Positions 27,155 through 39,919 of a stretch of DNA of 64,000 bases are shown piece after piece. Origin of the DNA: Adineta vaga (taxonomy: Eukaryota > Animalia > Rotifera). The stretch spans positions 8,556,001-8,620,000 of the forward strand of contig CP075495.1 in the NCBI GenBank assembly GCA_021613535.1, read 5' to 3'. The notes below the pieces were generated by a model. That model made no database searches and was not told the origin of the DNA. It was given only the letters and a program-made list of their open reading frames with translations. The position numbers were made by a program, and so were the translations under genes. Positions within the stretch are counted from its first letter, which is position 1, and every line of letters begins with the position of its first letter.

Positions 27155-27960
27155 TCAATGAAAGAACATCATGAAGGTAATAGTTATTGTAAGAAATAAT
27201 GCTGATAAAGTCGGTTTAATATTCAGTCCATTTGATGTTGTTAATTGAATAAGACCGCATGCAACTCGTGCACCAGCATTTCTATTTAAAAAAATTAAAT
27301 CAATAGAAAAAAGCATTTCTATATGGAAATAAAAACTTTAAAATCATACCCAGTAATAGCACTTTCACCGGTGCCTGTACTGCCACCATCATCAGTAGTG
27401 ACATGTACAACAACAGTAAGACCAATAATATTTTGTTTAGAATCATAAAGCTGAATAATCCAATCTTCGATATTAATCGAAGCTATACCACTAGCATTTG
27501 TTTGTATATTTCCAAGGTCACCGACATGTCGACTTGTTATATTAGCGTCGTGAGGACCATGACTGGTATCTAAATATTTTTATTATTATTAATTGAAACG
27601 AATAGAGCAAAGTCGTCAGAACTTACTGTATGGATTGAAATGTGCACCAGCTGCAGTGCAGTTTGGCATATTTTCCATGACTCCAACAGCATGTACATGA
27701 AAACCCTGAAAGACAGAAAAATTTAGAGTAGAACTGGTTTTTTACAGTGATTTAGTTCAATATACCTGACTACTACTAGCATTCAATGAGGATAATGTAC
27801 CCGTGATTTTTACAACTGAATTTGCATCGTTTTGAGAAAATTGTAATGTACCAATGGATTGCGCGGTATTATGTAATCTCACATTAGCAGTAGCTTGCTT
27901 AGCACATTGTCCATGATGAATAAATAGTAATAAACTACTTAGAAATAATACGAACATCAT
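27155..27960 (-). CDS. SOD3: Extracellular Cu/Zn superoxide dismutase with C-terminal hydrophobic (GPI-like) tail, 4 exons
   Basis: Signal peptide, then GFHVH, CTAAGAHFNP, SHGP, RHVGDLGNI, IIGLTVVVH and GNAGARVACGLI. Tail: TTSNGLNIKPTLSALFLTITITFMMFFH*. Confidence 0.93.
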
Positions 27961-29483
27961 GATATATTAAAAATGAAAATCTATGAAATGAAAAGAAAAA
28001 AACGTTGTATTGTTTGTCTCACTCAGTCTATTAATACAAGAAAAAAACCATGCGAAATATCGTTTATAAAAGACTAGCGTGACGAACATTCGATGACGCA
28101 GAAAAAACTTGAGTGCATCAGCTAGTGAGTCAATAACCTATTGAAGTAAATTAGAATTTTTTTTCTTTTTTGTACCATCATTATTCTTTCTTTTATCAAG
28201 GTACTATAAGGTGACTACGAAGGATATTGACGTGCTTAGTTTTTTTATGAACTACTATAACGACGATGATGAAGGACGAAATGCACTTGATTCACATAGT
28301 ACTGATCGACCCGCGTTGAAAACGGTATAACTTGTTTTGCTTCTATTGTCTCTTGACTGGTTATTGGTTTCTATTGTTTCTTTGCATATTAAAGTTTTTT
28401 GTATGATCTATGTTAAGTACAGTTCCACTTTGAAAAAGAAGTAAACATGAGAAAGTATCTCGACACATTATAGTATAAAAGAAATCAAAAGCGTGACGAA
28501 AGTAACATAACAATGATTTATATTGTACGATAAGGACAAAAATTAATGCATTCATCAATGACAGGTTGTTTAGTGAGAATCAGCTAGATTAAGATCTGAT
28601 TTGCAACACGCTAATAAATAGTTTTAATGTATTAACAACGCGAAAGGTACTGAACAAAATACGTGAATGTGTTTAGTTACTAAGAATCTAATAAGATATT
28701 ACTGAGAAGATACTCTTTATTATTAAAATCAATGAATTTAGGATTTATAATACTAGATTCTTTTTGAATAAATTGTTGTATTTGATAGATAGAAAAAAAA
28801 CAGTTGAACATTTACTCGTTACTGATTATATCTAAAAACATAAGTTTCACAAGATACATATGGTGAATTATCTGCCATTAATTAGAATCAATAAACGCAT
28901 TCTTGATGATTTTATTGCAATAATTGTGTTCACAGGTCCTTATTCTATTTCATTGTCAAGTCATTATTTCTCAAACGTAAATAAACAGAGCAAGACATAA
29001 GAATATGTCATTTCAAAAATAGTTTTTATTCTCTTCAAAACTAAAAATAGTGACATTCGTTATCTATGTTAGTTCTCACTTCACTTGTTTATCTTCGAAC
29101 TAATTTTCAATTTGGTTTTTAAACTCATGAAGAATCTCGACTTAATATACTTTTATTTAGAAATTCAATAGTAGAATAGTTTTACATTGCTTGCTGTTGT
29201 GATGATCACGAGAAGTAAAGGTGTAAAGAGATAACTAAGATAAAAGGTCGAAGTCTATGTTTTTCTTATGATGGATGATACTGCCAAAACAAGTATTTTC
29301 CAACACATTGAATACAATAATGATACAATGACATACTAATAGATTACACTTTATTTATTAAGACCAAAAAATTATACATATATATATATATATAAAACAT
29401 CATTTTTTTTATTGATATAGTATTAAACGCATATGATATACTTATTTTGCATACATAATAAACAATTAAATATTAATTTTTCT

Positions 29484-29783
29484 TCATTGATTTTTCACTC
29501 CAAGAAGTTTTGCATTAAATGTTCGATCACATTTAAAAACTTTTAAATCACATTTATAATGTTCAGGACAACAATGTATGCGATCTGGACAACAAACACC
29601 TTTTTCTATTGGACAACATGAATAATCACCATCCGTAGCTATACAACAAGTACTCGTCGATGGACACAAGGCTATACCATCAGGACAAACAATAACTTGA
29701 TCTAATGCTAGATCAGTATCAGTACCTTTGCTCACGCAAACTGTAAATAATGAGCACAATAAAAGAAACGTAAATAGATGCAT
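29484..29783 (-). CDS. GRN: Secreted single-domain granulin, intronless
   Basis: Signal peptide MHLFTFLLLCSLFTVCVS, then the 12-Cys motif CPDGIALCPSTSTCC...CCPIEKGVCCPDRIHCCPEHYKCDLKVFKC. Confidence 0.9.
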   Translation of the reverse strand: MHLFTFLLLCSLFTVCVSKGTDTDLALDQVIVCPDGIALCPSTSTCCIATDGDYSCCPIEKGVCCPDRIHCCPEHYKCDLKVFKCDRTFNAKLLGVKNQ

Positions 29784-29999
29784 CTTGCACAATCGAAAAG
29801 AATACAATGAAGATTTGTTTCTTTTTAATATTTTCTTTTTATTTAAAGATAAGAGAGATATGAGGAGCGTCTCTTGAAAGAAAAGTCAACATGAATGAGA
29901 AAAAAAGGTCATCGTACAGAACAAAAGAAAAGCAAAGACGGATTTAAATTTATACAGACAGATTTTTATAAACATAAGACTAATATATATTTTTTTTTT

Positions 30000-31959
30000 C
30001 TAAGATCGACACCGTCGTCTTAATCGTTTATTTGAATTCAATGGTCTCGGTGGAGACGATGAAGTATTTTGTACCAGCAATCGTTTCGACGACGACGACA
30101 ACGACGTAGTAGTATTAGTAGTAGTAGTTGTTGTTGCTGTTGTTGTTGTTGTAGCACTTGGTAAAATCCACATCGGATTGATATAAAAACTTGACGGTGC
30201 CCATATACGTGTTGAACGACGCTGTGGTGTTGATAGAGATTGTGTTTGTGGTGATATACTTGTTTGAATACGTAATGGTGATGAAAGTCGAGTATTCATT
30301 GATCCATTAGCACGCATATATTCTGTTGGAGTTGAATTATGTGATGATGAACGTGAAACCGTTGTTGTCGGTGATGGCGAGGCATGTTCAATTGATGATG
30401 ACGATGCTGTAGACGTATTACTGTCACGTTGAGATGATGATGAGGACGATGATGATGATGAATCTTTATGTTCTAATGGTTCTAAAAAGAACGATAACGT
30501 TTGTTTTGAATGCTAAACAATCGGCAAGAACAGAATGATATCTAAGAATGATCTCACTACTGTGAATGAAGCAGTATAGTATTGTAAATAATGTAATTGC
30601 TTACAATAATAAAAAAGTAGCTCATTCAATAAGTTGATGTTGCATTTCAAATACATAGAATCGAACGTCACAGATTATTCATTAGTTTAATCTCGTATAT
30701 TAACTCGATTTCTTTGACATATTTTCGAAATAAAGTCCCATCTGATTACAAGTTCAATTGACAGAAAAAGCTATCTAGAATATCTTGGAGATATGCCGTA
30801 CGCATTATATGTCTCGACAAAGTCATGAAATTACTTAATCGAAAACATCGGCAAATTAATGAAAGTTTTCGAATATTTCTATCTTGCTTGTCTATGAATA
30901 AATATCCTTTATTACCTTGATTTTCAACACTGTTCATGCGTCGTCGACGGCTTACACCATTTTGTGGAACTTTTTTCTTACATAACATCTGCTGTCTTCT
31001 TGTTATAATCGTTGATGTTTGTTGTTTCAAGGATTTCGTTTTATTCGTAGTCATTAATGAATTTGGCTCAATTGAATCTTGTTTTATTGAAATATTCAAT
31101 GGAATTGATAGATCAGTCATTGATGTTGATGAATGAACAGGAGAATGGTTTGTTTCACGTTTTATTTTATGTATTGATTCATTGGAATGATTTCTTGTTT
31201 TTGAACGATTTTCTACTGTTGGACTAATCAATGGTGAAGACGATAATAATGGCCATGATTGATCTGATCGTGCATACATTTGTAGATTGCAACGTTGTTT
31301 TCGATGAACTTGTTGATGAAATTGCGGAGGTGATAATGAACCATTATTGTCCATTGTAATTTTTTGAGATTTATCTTCATATTCTTTATACAAATCTGTT
31401 TGTTTTAACCATGTAGGTGGATTATCTAGGCATATGATAATTTTACAGTTATTTAATGAAATTAAAAAGCAAAAGAGACGGAACCTTTATAAATAACAAA
31501 TGATACTAATTCATGTACACTCGCAACGGTTGATAGAAGAGAATGATTATTTATTGATGAGCGTTTTGGACGACGACGATGATTAGGTGAACTATGAACA
31601 TGAGATAAAATTTATTTAAGAAGAGACTATTTTTTCATACGTATTTCCATTTGTTTTATTTCCCGTAGGCGATAGTTTGTTAGTCTAAAAATAAACAGCA
31701 TATAGAATAGAATATTTAGTAACAAGAAAGATACAAAAAACATACGTCTACTTTATTATCTTGATCATTAATTTCAATTTTGACTGATAAATTTGTAGAT
31801 GATTTTTTCTTTGAAATAGCCTAATGAGAATAAAGAATAAATTTGGCTTGATTAATGTTTAATCAGTATATTTACTGCTAGATTCGATGATGATTTAGAT
31901 TTCCGTATTGATCGATTTTTATCATCATCTTCGATTGGTGTTGGAGTTTTATTATGCAT
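30000..31959 (-). CDS. Hypothetical Ser/Thr/Arg-rich, largely disordered protein, multi-exon
   Basis: Spliceable exons from MHNKTPTPIEDDDK through VHELVSFVIYK|DNPPTWLKQTDLYKEY to NKRLRRRCRS*. The basic C-terminus resembles an NLS. Confidence 0.6.
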
Positions 31960-32246
31960 ATGTTATGCCAACAATCTATAAGAAGACAAATATAACGAAG
32001 TCATAGATTGCTCTCTAAGCACTTCGTGAGAAAACATCGTTTCTTTTTTTCCTTCCTTCACATTGTTATTCATTCATTCATTCATTCAATAATAGAACGC
32101 GAAATTCACTGTTGAGCTATTTCTCTTGATAATTTCCTCTCTCTCTACATCTCTTTTTCTTCCAGCCATTTTTGCAACGCACTCTTTGTTCATTCTCGAT
32201 TTTCTTTTTCTTCTTCGTGTTCTTATTTACAAGGTTTTTTAGTTCA

Positions 32247-33341
32247 ATGAATGTCTTGACTCAAATCGCTACACAGTTTCTCATTACTAAAAATAATCTT
32301 ATTCAGCTATTACGAACATTAGATTTTTCTGATGAATTTTTGAATCAATTACGTCACGATCGAATCTCCATCGATGAAGATATGATACGACGTCGAATAC
32401 GATTATTATGCGAGATAAGTAAAGATGAATCATTTCAAGATCTATTTTGTCATGAAGATGGAATTTGTTTCGTATTTCATATAAAATTTCATGAATCTCG
32501 TTTTATACGTTTTCGTATTAGTTTTGATATTAAAATTATTGCACTTATATTAAATAATCATCGTCAAACTATACAATTCATGATCAATAATATTCAAATT
32601 AAACCACTCAATCGTTTATCAAAACCATTTCGATTTTGTATTCAGGTAAAAATCAAAATCTTCTTCACAGAAATTATCTCTTCATAAGTTTTCTAAGTTC
32701 AAATATGGCAAGCGAAGACTTAATTAAAGTATGTGCTCTCATGTGTGCAATAAATAGGTGCTAATAAGTTATTTATATTCTTGAAAAAACAACCATTAAG
32801 TACCCTACAACTGATTACGGTCGTATAATAACAGTGTATTTCACTACTATATCATAAGTTCCCAAAGAAATATCATAATTCCTTCACTTGAGGTTATGGT
32901 TTTCAACTTCACATGAATAGTAATGCTAATAAGTATTACACATAAACTGATTAGAAAAAAAAACTACATACGCATGTTGGAATGTACCTACTAGGTTTAA
33001 ATTAGTTATTAGTAGAACCAATATTGAAAAAGATTAATTTTTTTTAGTCAAAAGCTCGATTATTAGTTGCTGGGGAACTTGAACGAATCTTTACTGAACA
33101 AAATCTTCCTTACGAACGATTATTTAGTGATATAAAACGTCCATTAACTTATGAGATTAATTTATCATCTTTTAAAGAATTTGATCAATTTCGAGAACGA
33201 TATTTAATTATTGGTAACCGTTCTATTCTTGATTTAATTCAAATTACCTATGTTGAACATTGTGAACAAACTATTATCTTAGGTTATCGTTTAAATACGA
33301 CAATAAACGAAGAATCAACAATACAATTCGTTGATTGTTAA
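32247..33341 (+). CDS. Hypothetical globular protein, 2 exons (32247-32645, 33048-33341)
   Basis: MNVLTQIATQFL...KPFRFCIQ|SKARLLVAGELERIF...IQFVDC*, joined by a phase-0 GT-AG intron. No family recognised. Confidence 0.7.
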
Positions 33342-34996
33342 AAACGAATCAATGGAAGAAAATTGTAGGAAAATTTTACTTACGTATTATCGTTTACAAA
33401 TGATATTTGTTTTATTAATGTCAAGGATAAAACTTTTTTGTACTTGTCAGAAGAAGAAAAGAATGAATGACGAGGTGAATGTTATATGAATGGTTTAATC
33501 TATAGAACAAATGGATGAACAATTGAACAAGATGTCGCTATCGTTTGACTATGGACAAATACATAGTTCAAGTGATTTATCACTCTTATTTGCTGATGAT
33601 TTGGTTATTAAGCGTCGAGTATTGAATGTCTATAATAGTACTAAGACAAACGAAAAGATTGATTTCTATCGTTGGAAATAAAATGTTGTTTGATTGAAAT
33701 TATTATCAACAATGATCGATTGTGAACAATTCAAAATCAACAACCAAAAAGAAATTGGTTTATTTCTTTGAGATTTTCTCATATGAACATGATTATTGAA
33801 AAGAGAAGTTGTTTAATTTGGTGCTTTTCTCTTATAATAGGGTGCCTTAGATCATTTTTTGATTCAATTTTGCTTTTAATAATAAAATTAATATTTGAAT
33901 CGAACCTACTGATGATTTCATTATGAATGCTGTCGATTGGCTCGATGAGATTTTGAGTTATCACCGAAAAAAAGATATCTAGTTTATTTTCAATCAATGT
34001 TGAATGATACTATCGAACAAAATATTTGAAGTAATACTCAAAATACCAACACAAGTATTATTTGTAATCTGATTAATAAAATATTGTATTGATTATCAAA
34101 CATATTAATTGCCTTTTTCTAAAAGTAAATTATCAAGAGTGTTTGAGTAAAATCATTCGTTATTAATGAGAAAAGAGAACGCATAAATTATTAATTATTT
34201 GATGGGATATTATGAAAAACAATACAACTACTTTTTTGATGATTGTTCATTTCGAAAGTGTGATTAACAATAGATGCTTTTTATCTATGAAAGCCTTACA
34301 CAATTTTTTAGCTTTTGTGAATAAATCTAGGAAAACATAAATAGATATTGTATCGCTTGATATCAACTAAAATCGTCTGTATTGAGAGAGAGACAGAGAG
34401 AGCGATGTATACAATAGATGTTTGGATCAAGACAGATTACAATAATAATGATCTACGGTACAATACATCAATCTGCTTATCATCTTATCGATGATTTAAA
34501 ATACATTGTGTCATATTTGTCATGATCGAATCATTGGTAATCATTAGTAAATTTTGATGAATCAGTAATACGTGTGAATGAATCATCTGTAAAATTTGAT
34601 AGTCATAATCATCACTGAACATCTTAAAACGTTTTTGTTTTAAATATATATCTATTGAATACATTCGGATAATGAAATATATTTATATATATCTATACAA
34701 GTATGAAGATGTATAAACGAAGTTCCAGTATAGAAAGTATTAATTATCAGTACAGCAGCTAGAATAGTTTAATTTCTTATGGTATTTTTAGTGCAAATAT
34801 CTTTAATAGATATTATATCGCATGTTCAGATAAGAGTTTATCAATGCAGTTACATGGTGACGCTGATATGATACGTCATTCATTGTTAGGTATTCATTGC
34901 TTATCAAAATTTCTACCAATAAAAGACACTCGAAATTAATACAATATATACATTTTTCTATTCGTCTTAATACTTTACAGGTGATATAGGAAGAAA

Positions 34997-35745
34997 ATGG
35001 CTTTAAACAAGCCGACTAAATTGATTAATGAAGAATTTATACAAAAAATGCTCGATTCACGTTTAGAACTTAAAGAGTACGTAATAGCAAATAGTCAGCA
35101 AGGTAATATTCAAAATATCATTGATACAATTGATAAATTTTGCTGGACACAACAATGGTTAATGAATATTGGTGATAAAAAAGGAAAAATTCTTGATCAA
35201 GCTGTTCAAACAAGAAAACCAAAAACTGTTCTTGAACTTGGTATGAATTATCTCGAAAACTTATTCTTTTAAAATCATCAACACGCTTCTTTATAGGTAC
35301 TTTTCTTGGTTATAGTGCATTGAGAATGTTAAATCATTTTTCTACAGATGTTATATTTATTTCTATTGAAGCTGATGCTCAATCAGCTGATATTGCCCGT
35401 TCAATTTTTGAATACTCCGATGTTACTAATCGTATTCAAGTTATTAATGATTATACTGATAAGGTGATTCCTCATTTGAATGAAAATTTCAATATCGATT
35501 CATTTGATTTGATTTTTATTGATCATTTTAAAGACGTATATTTACGTGATCTTCAACTATTAGAAGAGCATGGATTAATTAAATCTGGAACAATGATTGT
35601 TGCTGATAATGTTATCTATCCAGGAGCACCTGATTATTTAGAATATGTTCGAAATAATTCGAATTATACAACAACATTTCATGAATCCTCACTTGAATAT
35701 AAAGATGATATACCTGATGGTATTGAAATATCCATTCGAAAATAA
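34997..35745 (+). CDS. COMT: Catechol O-methyltransferase (SAM-dependent), 2 exons
   Basis: IDTIDKFCWTQQWLMNIGDKKGKILD, VLELG|TFLGYSALR, FDLIFIDHFKDVYLRDL, GTMIVADNVIYPGAPDYLEYVR, SSLEY...DGIE. Confidence 0.93.
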
Positions 35746-36559
35746 TCTTCGAATATAGATAAATTGTCAATAATTCAATTGAATGATTATGCTGAAATTA
35801 TGGTAAATCTGTGTATTGTCAGTGCTCATAGAGTATAAATAAAATGGTTCTTAAAATAATATTTATTATAATTCAAAAGGCTTCATTATCGAAATAAAAA
35901 GAATATTTTGATGTATTTTGAAACTTATTCTGCAAACCACTTGATACAGAGAGACGGACTTAATATAAAAAAAATAATTATTCTTATAAATACTGCTAAA
36001 ACGTGAAGTATAGTTCACTGTTGTACAAAATGAAATTATATAGTAATGCGTACGAAAAAATGACTGTACAATGTATAATATAAGATTGTTCAAATGAAAA
36101 AATCAAAATCTGACAAAGTGAATTAGAAAACAAAACATATGGACAACATCTAATAATAGGATGATTAAACCGTATTGTCTAAATGAATTAGTAATAATAC
36201 TAAGATCTATGTTTTTAGTATTACATATAAAAAAAACCTTTTAAATAAAGGTGATCATTAACCTCTCACTCAGAACAAAGATTTATCGTATTACAAAAGT
36301 GTATTATCGTTATGGTTGAATGCTTATCATGACCTATCTCATAAGCGTATAGTGTCTTGTCTATACCTATTTACATATGCATAAAGTATATGTCATGCAA
36401 CAACATAATAAGTATTGAAGTCTCTCGTTGTCTCTTTCTTTTCTTCTCTCAACCTTGTTCAATAGTCGATGTTTTTGTCGTCGAACAGAAAGGTGAACAG
36501 ATACATACGAACTCGATAATCAAACAATCTTATTTCATCTTTTAACTGGTTATATAATC

Positions 36560-38781
36560 ATGCGAAAAGCGATCGTATCAACAAAAAAAACGGTTTTCAT
36601 AGATCCTTTACCAGTTGTACCTGAAACTCGTGTTATTGATCCACTTGTACAATGTGGTGTTCTTTATCTAGGAACATCACCAACGACGAATAGTCGTCGT
36701 GGTCTTGATGCTATACAAGAACCATTTTCATATCAGTATCCTGTTGATGGAACTAATACAGCTCGAGGTAATGAATTTTTTTTAAAACAAATTCATTTAT
36801 TTTTCTAATTTGAAGGTATTGATGGCGTACTTTCTGTTTATGACAATGGTATTCAATTAACATTCACACGTCAATCAGAAGCTGCCGTTTTTTTTCCAAT
36901 AACATCTCTTCTTTACTGTGCAAGTCTTCGTTTTTCCGTTATTAAAAATGATCGAACGAAACCGAAAACGAATGTTCATTGGCGATTTATGCCATTGGAT
37001 ACTGCATCATCTAAAGGTGAAAATAAACATCCACCCTTATTTTGTGCTGTATTTCACCGTACGCAAATTCTACCAGGTGATGAATGCCATTGTTTCATAA
37101 CAAAAACGTCAGAATCAGCACTTGCACTTATACAAACAGTATCCCGTGTTTATAAAAATATGCAATCGGATTTTAAAACTGGAAAAAATCCGATATTTTA
37201 CGAGGTTATTAATAATAAATTTCTATTCTAAAAGTTAGTTTAATCAAATTTTCTCTTTAATATTAATAGTTAGATCATCTTGGAAGAAAAACAAATGAAA
37301 TAAGTGATACTATTTATTTGTCACCGGCGAATGATGAAGATGGTCAATTAAATCGTACAAATCCAATTCGATTAAAAGATGAAACAGTTGCACGAAAGTA
37401 TCTACTTAATCCGTCGTATGGTGGTTATTATTATCGTACAGATTCTAGTCTTATCGAACAATGGCAATTGTGGGATGATGACGATTTAACTGGATGTCGA
37501 CCACATCCACCAGATTCGCCATTTGGTTTACATGAAGGTCTTTATCATGACGATACAACACAAGAAATTCAACGATGTTTACGTAAAATGGAAAATGAAG
37601 AGCATGCATCTTCATGCAGTTGTTCAAGTGAATGGTCTTGTTCGTCTAGCTCGATATCAACAGAATATTCTCGACGAAAAAATCTACAACATCGAACAAA
37701 TAGACAATCATCACCTACTGACACAGATCATTTTGATGAATCCTTTGCACAATTAGTAGCAAGTACATTCGAACCAAATCCACCGAAAAAATCTTCTAAA
37801 ATAAAAAAAAACGAACGAAAACCGATTATTATTGAAAAAGTTCTACCAAAAGCAGTCCCATCAAAATCGAGTACTAATAAGAACATAGCAGAACATAAAT
37901 TAGATCCTTCAAATTTACAATCAAAATCAGATTTAGATTACATTTCATCTTCGGATCGAGCTACTTTCTCATATCAAATAAATGAATATGGTGAGAAAAT
38001 AACAAAAGAAGGTAATCGTATTATCTTCATGGATGTTGTTCAACCAAATCAAAAAACCAAATTTACTGATCCACCTTCGTACATTCCCGTCAAATCTTCA
38101 CCATCTCGACGTCGGCGAAGATCAAAAAGACATATACCTATCATCGATATTCAACAATTGGATAAATTAATAAGTGAACAAAAACTCAAACTTCAACGAC
38201 GTACAAGTTTACCTAGCGATACTATTTCCAACAAAGATTTTGATCATGAAAATTATGTAACAACATCGGATTTGTTAGGAATCTTACATAAATATTTTGG
38301 ATATGACTTTGATAATAAAATTAAATCAAACAATCAAGACATGCAAACGACACTTGATTATATTGATGTACCTGACCAAAAAGAACAAAAACGAAAAAAT
38401 AGCTCTATGTCATCAACAGATAGTTCAAAAAGTGAACGTCGTCAACGCCGAAGTCGATCAACTACTACTAATCCATCCATTCATTCTGAAAAAGAACGTC
38501 CTTCTATTCCATCATCAGTTCATAGTCATATGTCCGTAGGTAGTAAACAAAAATCTTCTCCTGTACCTTCAGTATTGAACGATAAAAAACTTGATCGATA
38601 TATTTCAAATATTTACGGAACAGCTGGATCTATCAATTCAGTGACATCTTCAAGTCATCATCACGAAAATGAATCAATAAATCAAACTGCTCTTTTAAAT
38701 GCAGGTTACACCTCAACATTTCCATATATGCAAAGTAAACTATATACCAATTATCTCCAAGAATATCATCATGCTTATTAA
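36560..38781 (+). CDS. PTB/PID-like domain protein with long disordered tail, 3 exons
   Basis: CGVLYLGTS...GLDAIQEPFSYQYP...GIDGVLSVYDNGIQL...LLYCASLRF...PLFCAVF...ECHCFITKTSESALALI follows a PTB-fold pattern. Confidence 0.7.
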
Positions 38782-38926
38782 CTACAAGTTCGAATAGCGC
38801 AGAAAAACACTTTAAGTTATAATCTTTCTTTTTTTCCAATATTTATCTTGTTGTTATACAATTTTTGTTTTCAAGAAATAAATAGATAGACAATTACATT
38901 TATCTATCTGTCTCCGATCGATTATT

Positions 38927-39919
38927 TTAAGTCATTTCATACTCCTCGGATGGTGATAGATGGAATGAAATTTTCGTAGATGATACATGATTTTGTTTTT
39001 TGTCTGAGATTGTATCAGTACGATTGGTAGCTAAGACTGGTTCTGATGTTGGAATTTTATCGGAAGATATTGTAGTAGCTCGAGATCGTGCATAAAATGA
39101 AGGATCTCTTGATGGGATTATACTTTTACTCCAACGTCTGGAACGTTTTGGTTTTTCAATGTCTTGATCTTGTGTTGAAATACGATGTCGAAAAGCTCGA
39201 TCACGTGCCCATTGTCGCATAGCTGATATACGTGGTTGTTCGATATGACGATGAAATAAACTATTTACTAGTCGATCACGATGTTGTTTGAATGAAGTCA
39301 TCGATAAAACACTTGATGAACGTGATCGAGGATTATCATCAATATCATCCATATCATCTCTTCTTTTACGTTTCACTTTTATTCTTTGAACAACGAGACC
39401 TAATATGAAAAAAAGCACAATACCAATAGCCAATGCAATCAATAATGATGTCGGATCTTGTTTATATGATTCATGCAATAATTCACCAACAGGAATAAGT
39501 ATACAAGCATTACGAGGTTGATAAATCCATTGTGTTTGATTGATTTGAAATTCAATACAAATTTCATAGATACCTGAATCAAGATTGTATATACGTAAAC
39601 TATTATTATAGTCAAGAAGTTCAGTAAAATTTGTTAATGGTTTATAATTGTCGCTTGTATATGTTAGAATATTAACAGATCGTAAGATATATCGATAAAA
39701 ATCAAATGCGCCATTCCAACATGTTCCCAGAGTAAACCAAACACGATTAGAATGATCTGATTTATCATATAAATAATTTATTTGTACATCATTTGAAAAG
39801 CAATCTGCAAAACAAATCTTTTCATTGGATTTCAGTTGATAGGATTGAATGCTCGAATATTGTAATAATATGAAGAAATAAACACAGATAAAAATAATCA
39901 ATGAAAAGAGATTAAACAT
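38927..39919 (-). CDS. Single-pass type I membrane protein, intronless, unknown family
   Basis: 330-aa ORF with hydrophobic N-terminus, a Cys-containing beta-rich ectodomain (LDSGIYEICIEF), TM LLIALAIGIVLFFILGLVV followed by QRIKVKRKRR. Confidence 0.8.
   Translation of the reverse strand: MFNLFSLIIFICVYFFILLQYSSIQSYQLKSNEKICFADCFSNDVQINYLYDKSDHSNRVWFTLGTCWNGAFDFYRYILRSVNILTYTSDNYKPLTNFTELLDYNNSLRIYNLDSGIYEICIEFQINQTQWIYQPRNACILIPVGELLHESYKQDPTSLLIALAIGIVLFFILGLVVQRIKVKRKRRDDMDDIDDNPRSRSSSVLSMTSFKQHRDRLVNSLFHRHIEQPRISAMRQWARDRAFRHRISTQDQDIEKPKRSRRWSKSIIPSRDPSFYARSRATTISSDKIPTSEPVLATNRTDTISDKKQNHVSSTKISFHLSPSEEYEMT

Noticed and set aside
28248-28330. Exon-like MNYYNDDDEGRNALDSHSTDRPALKT|gt and hammerhead-like atgatga..gaaa
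   Set aside because: No downstream exon found. The hammerhead core needs CTGANGA and paired stems, which are absent.
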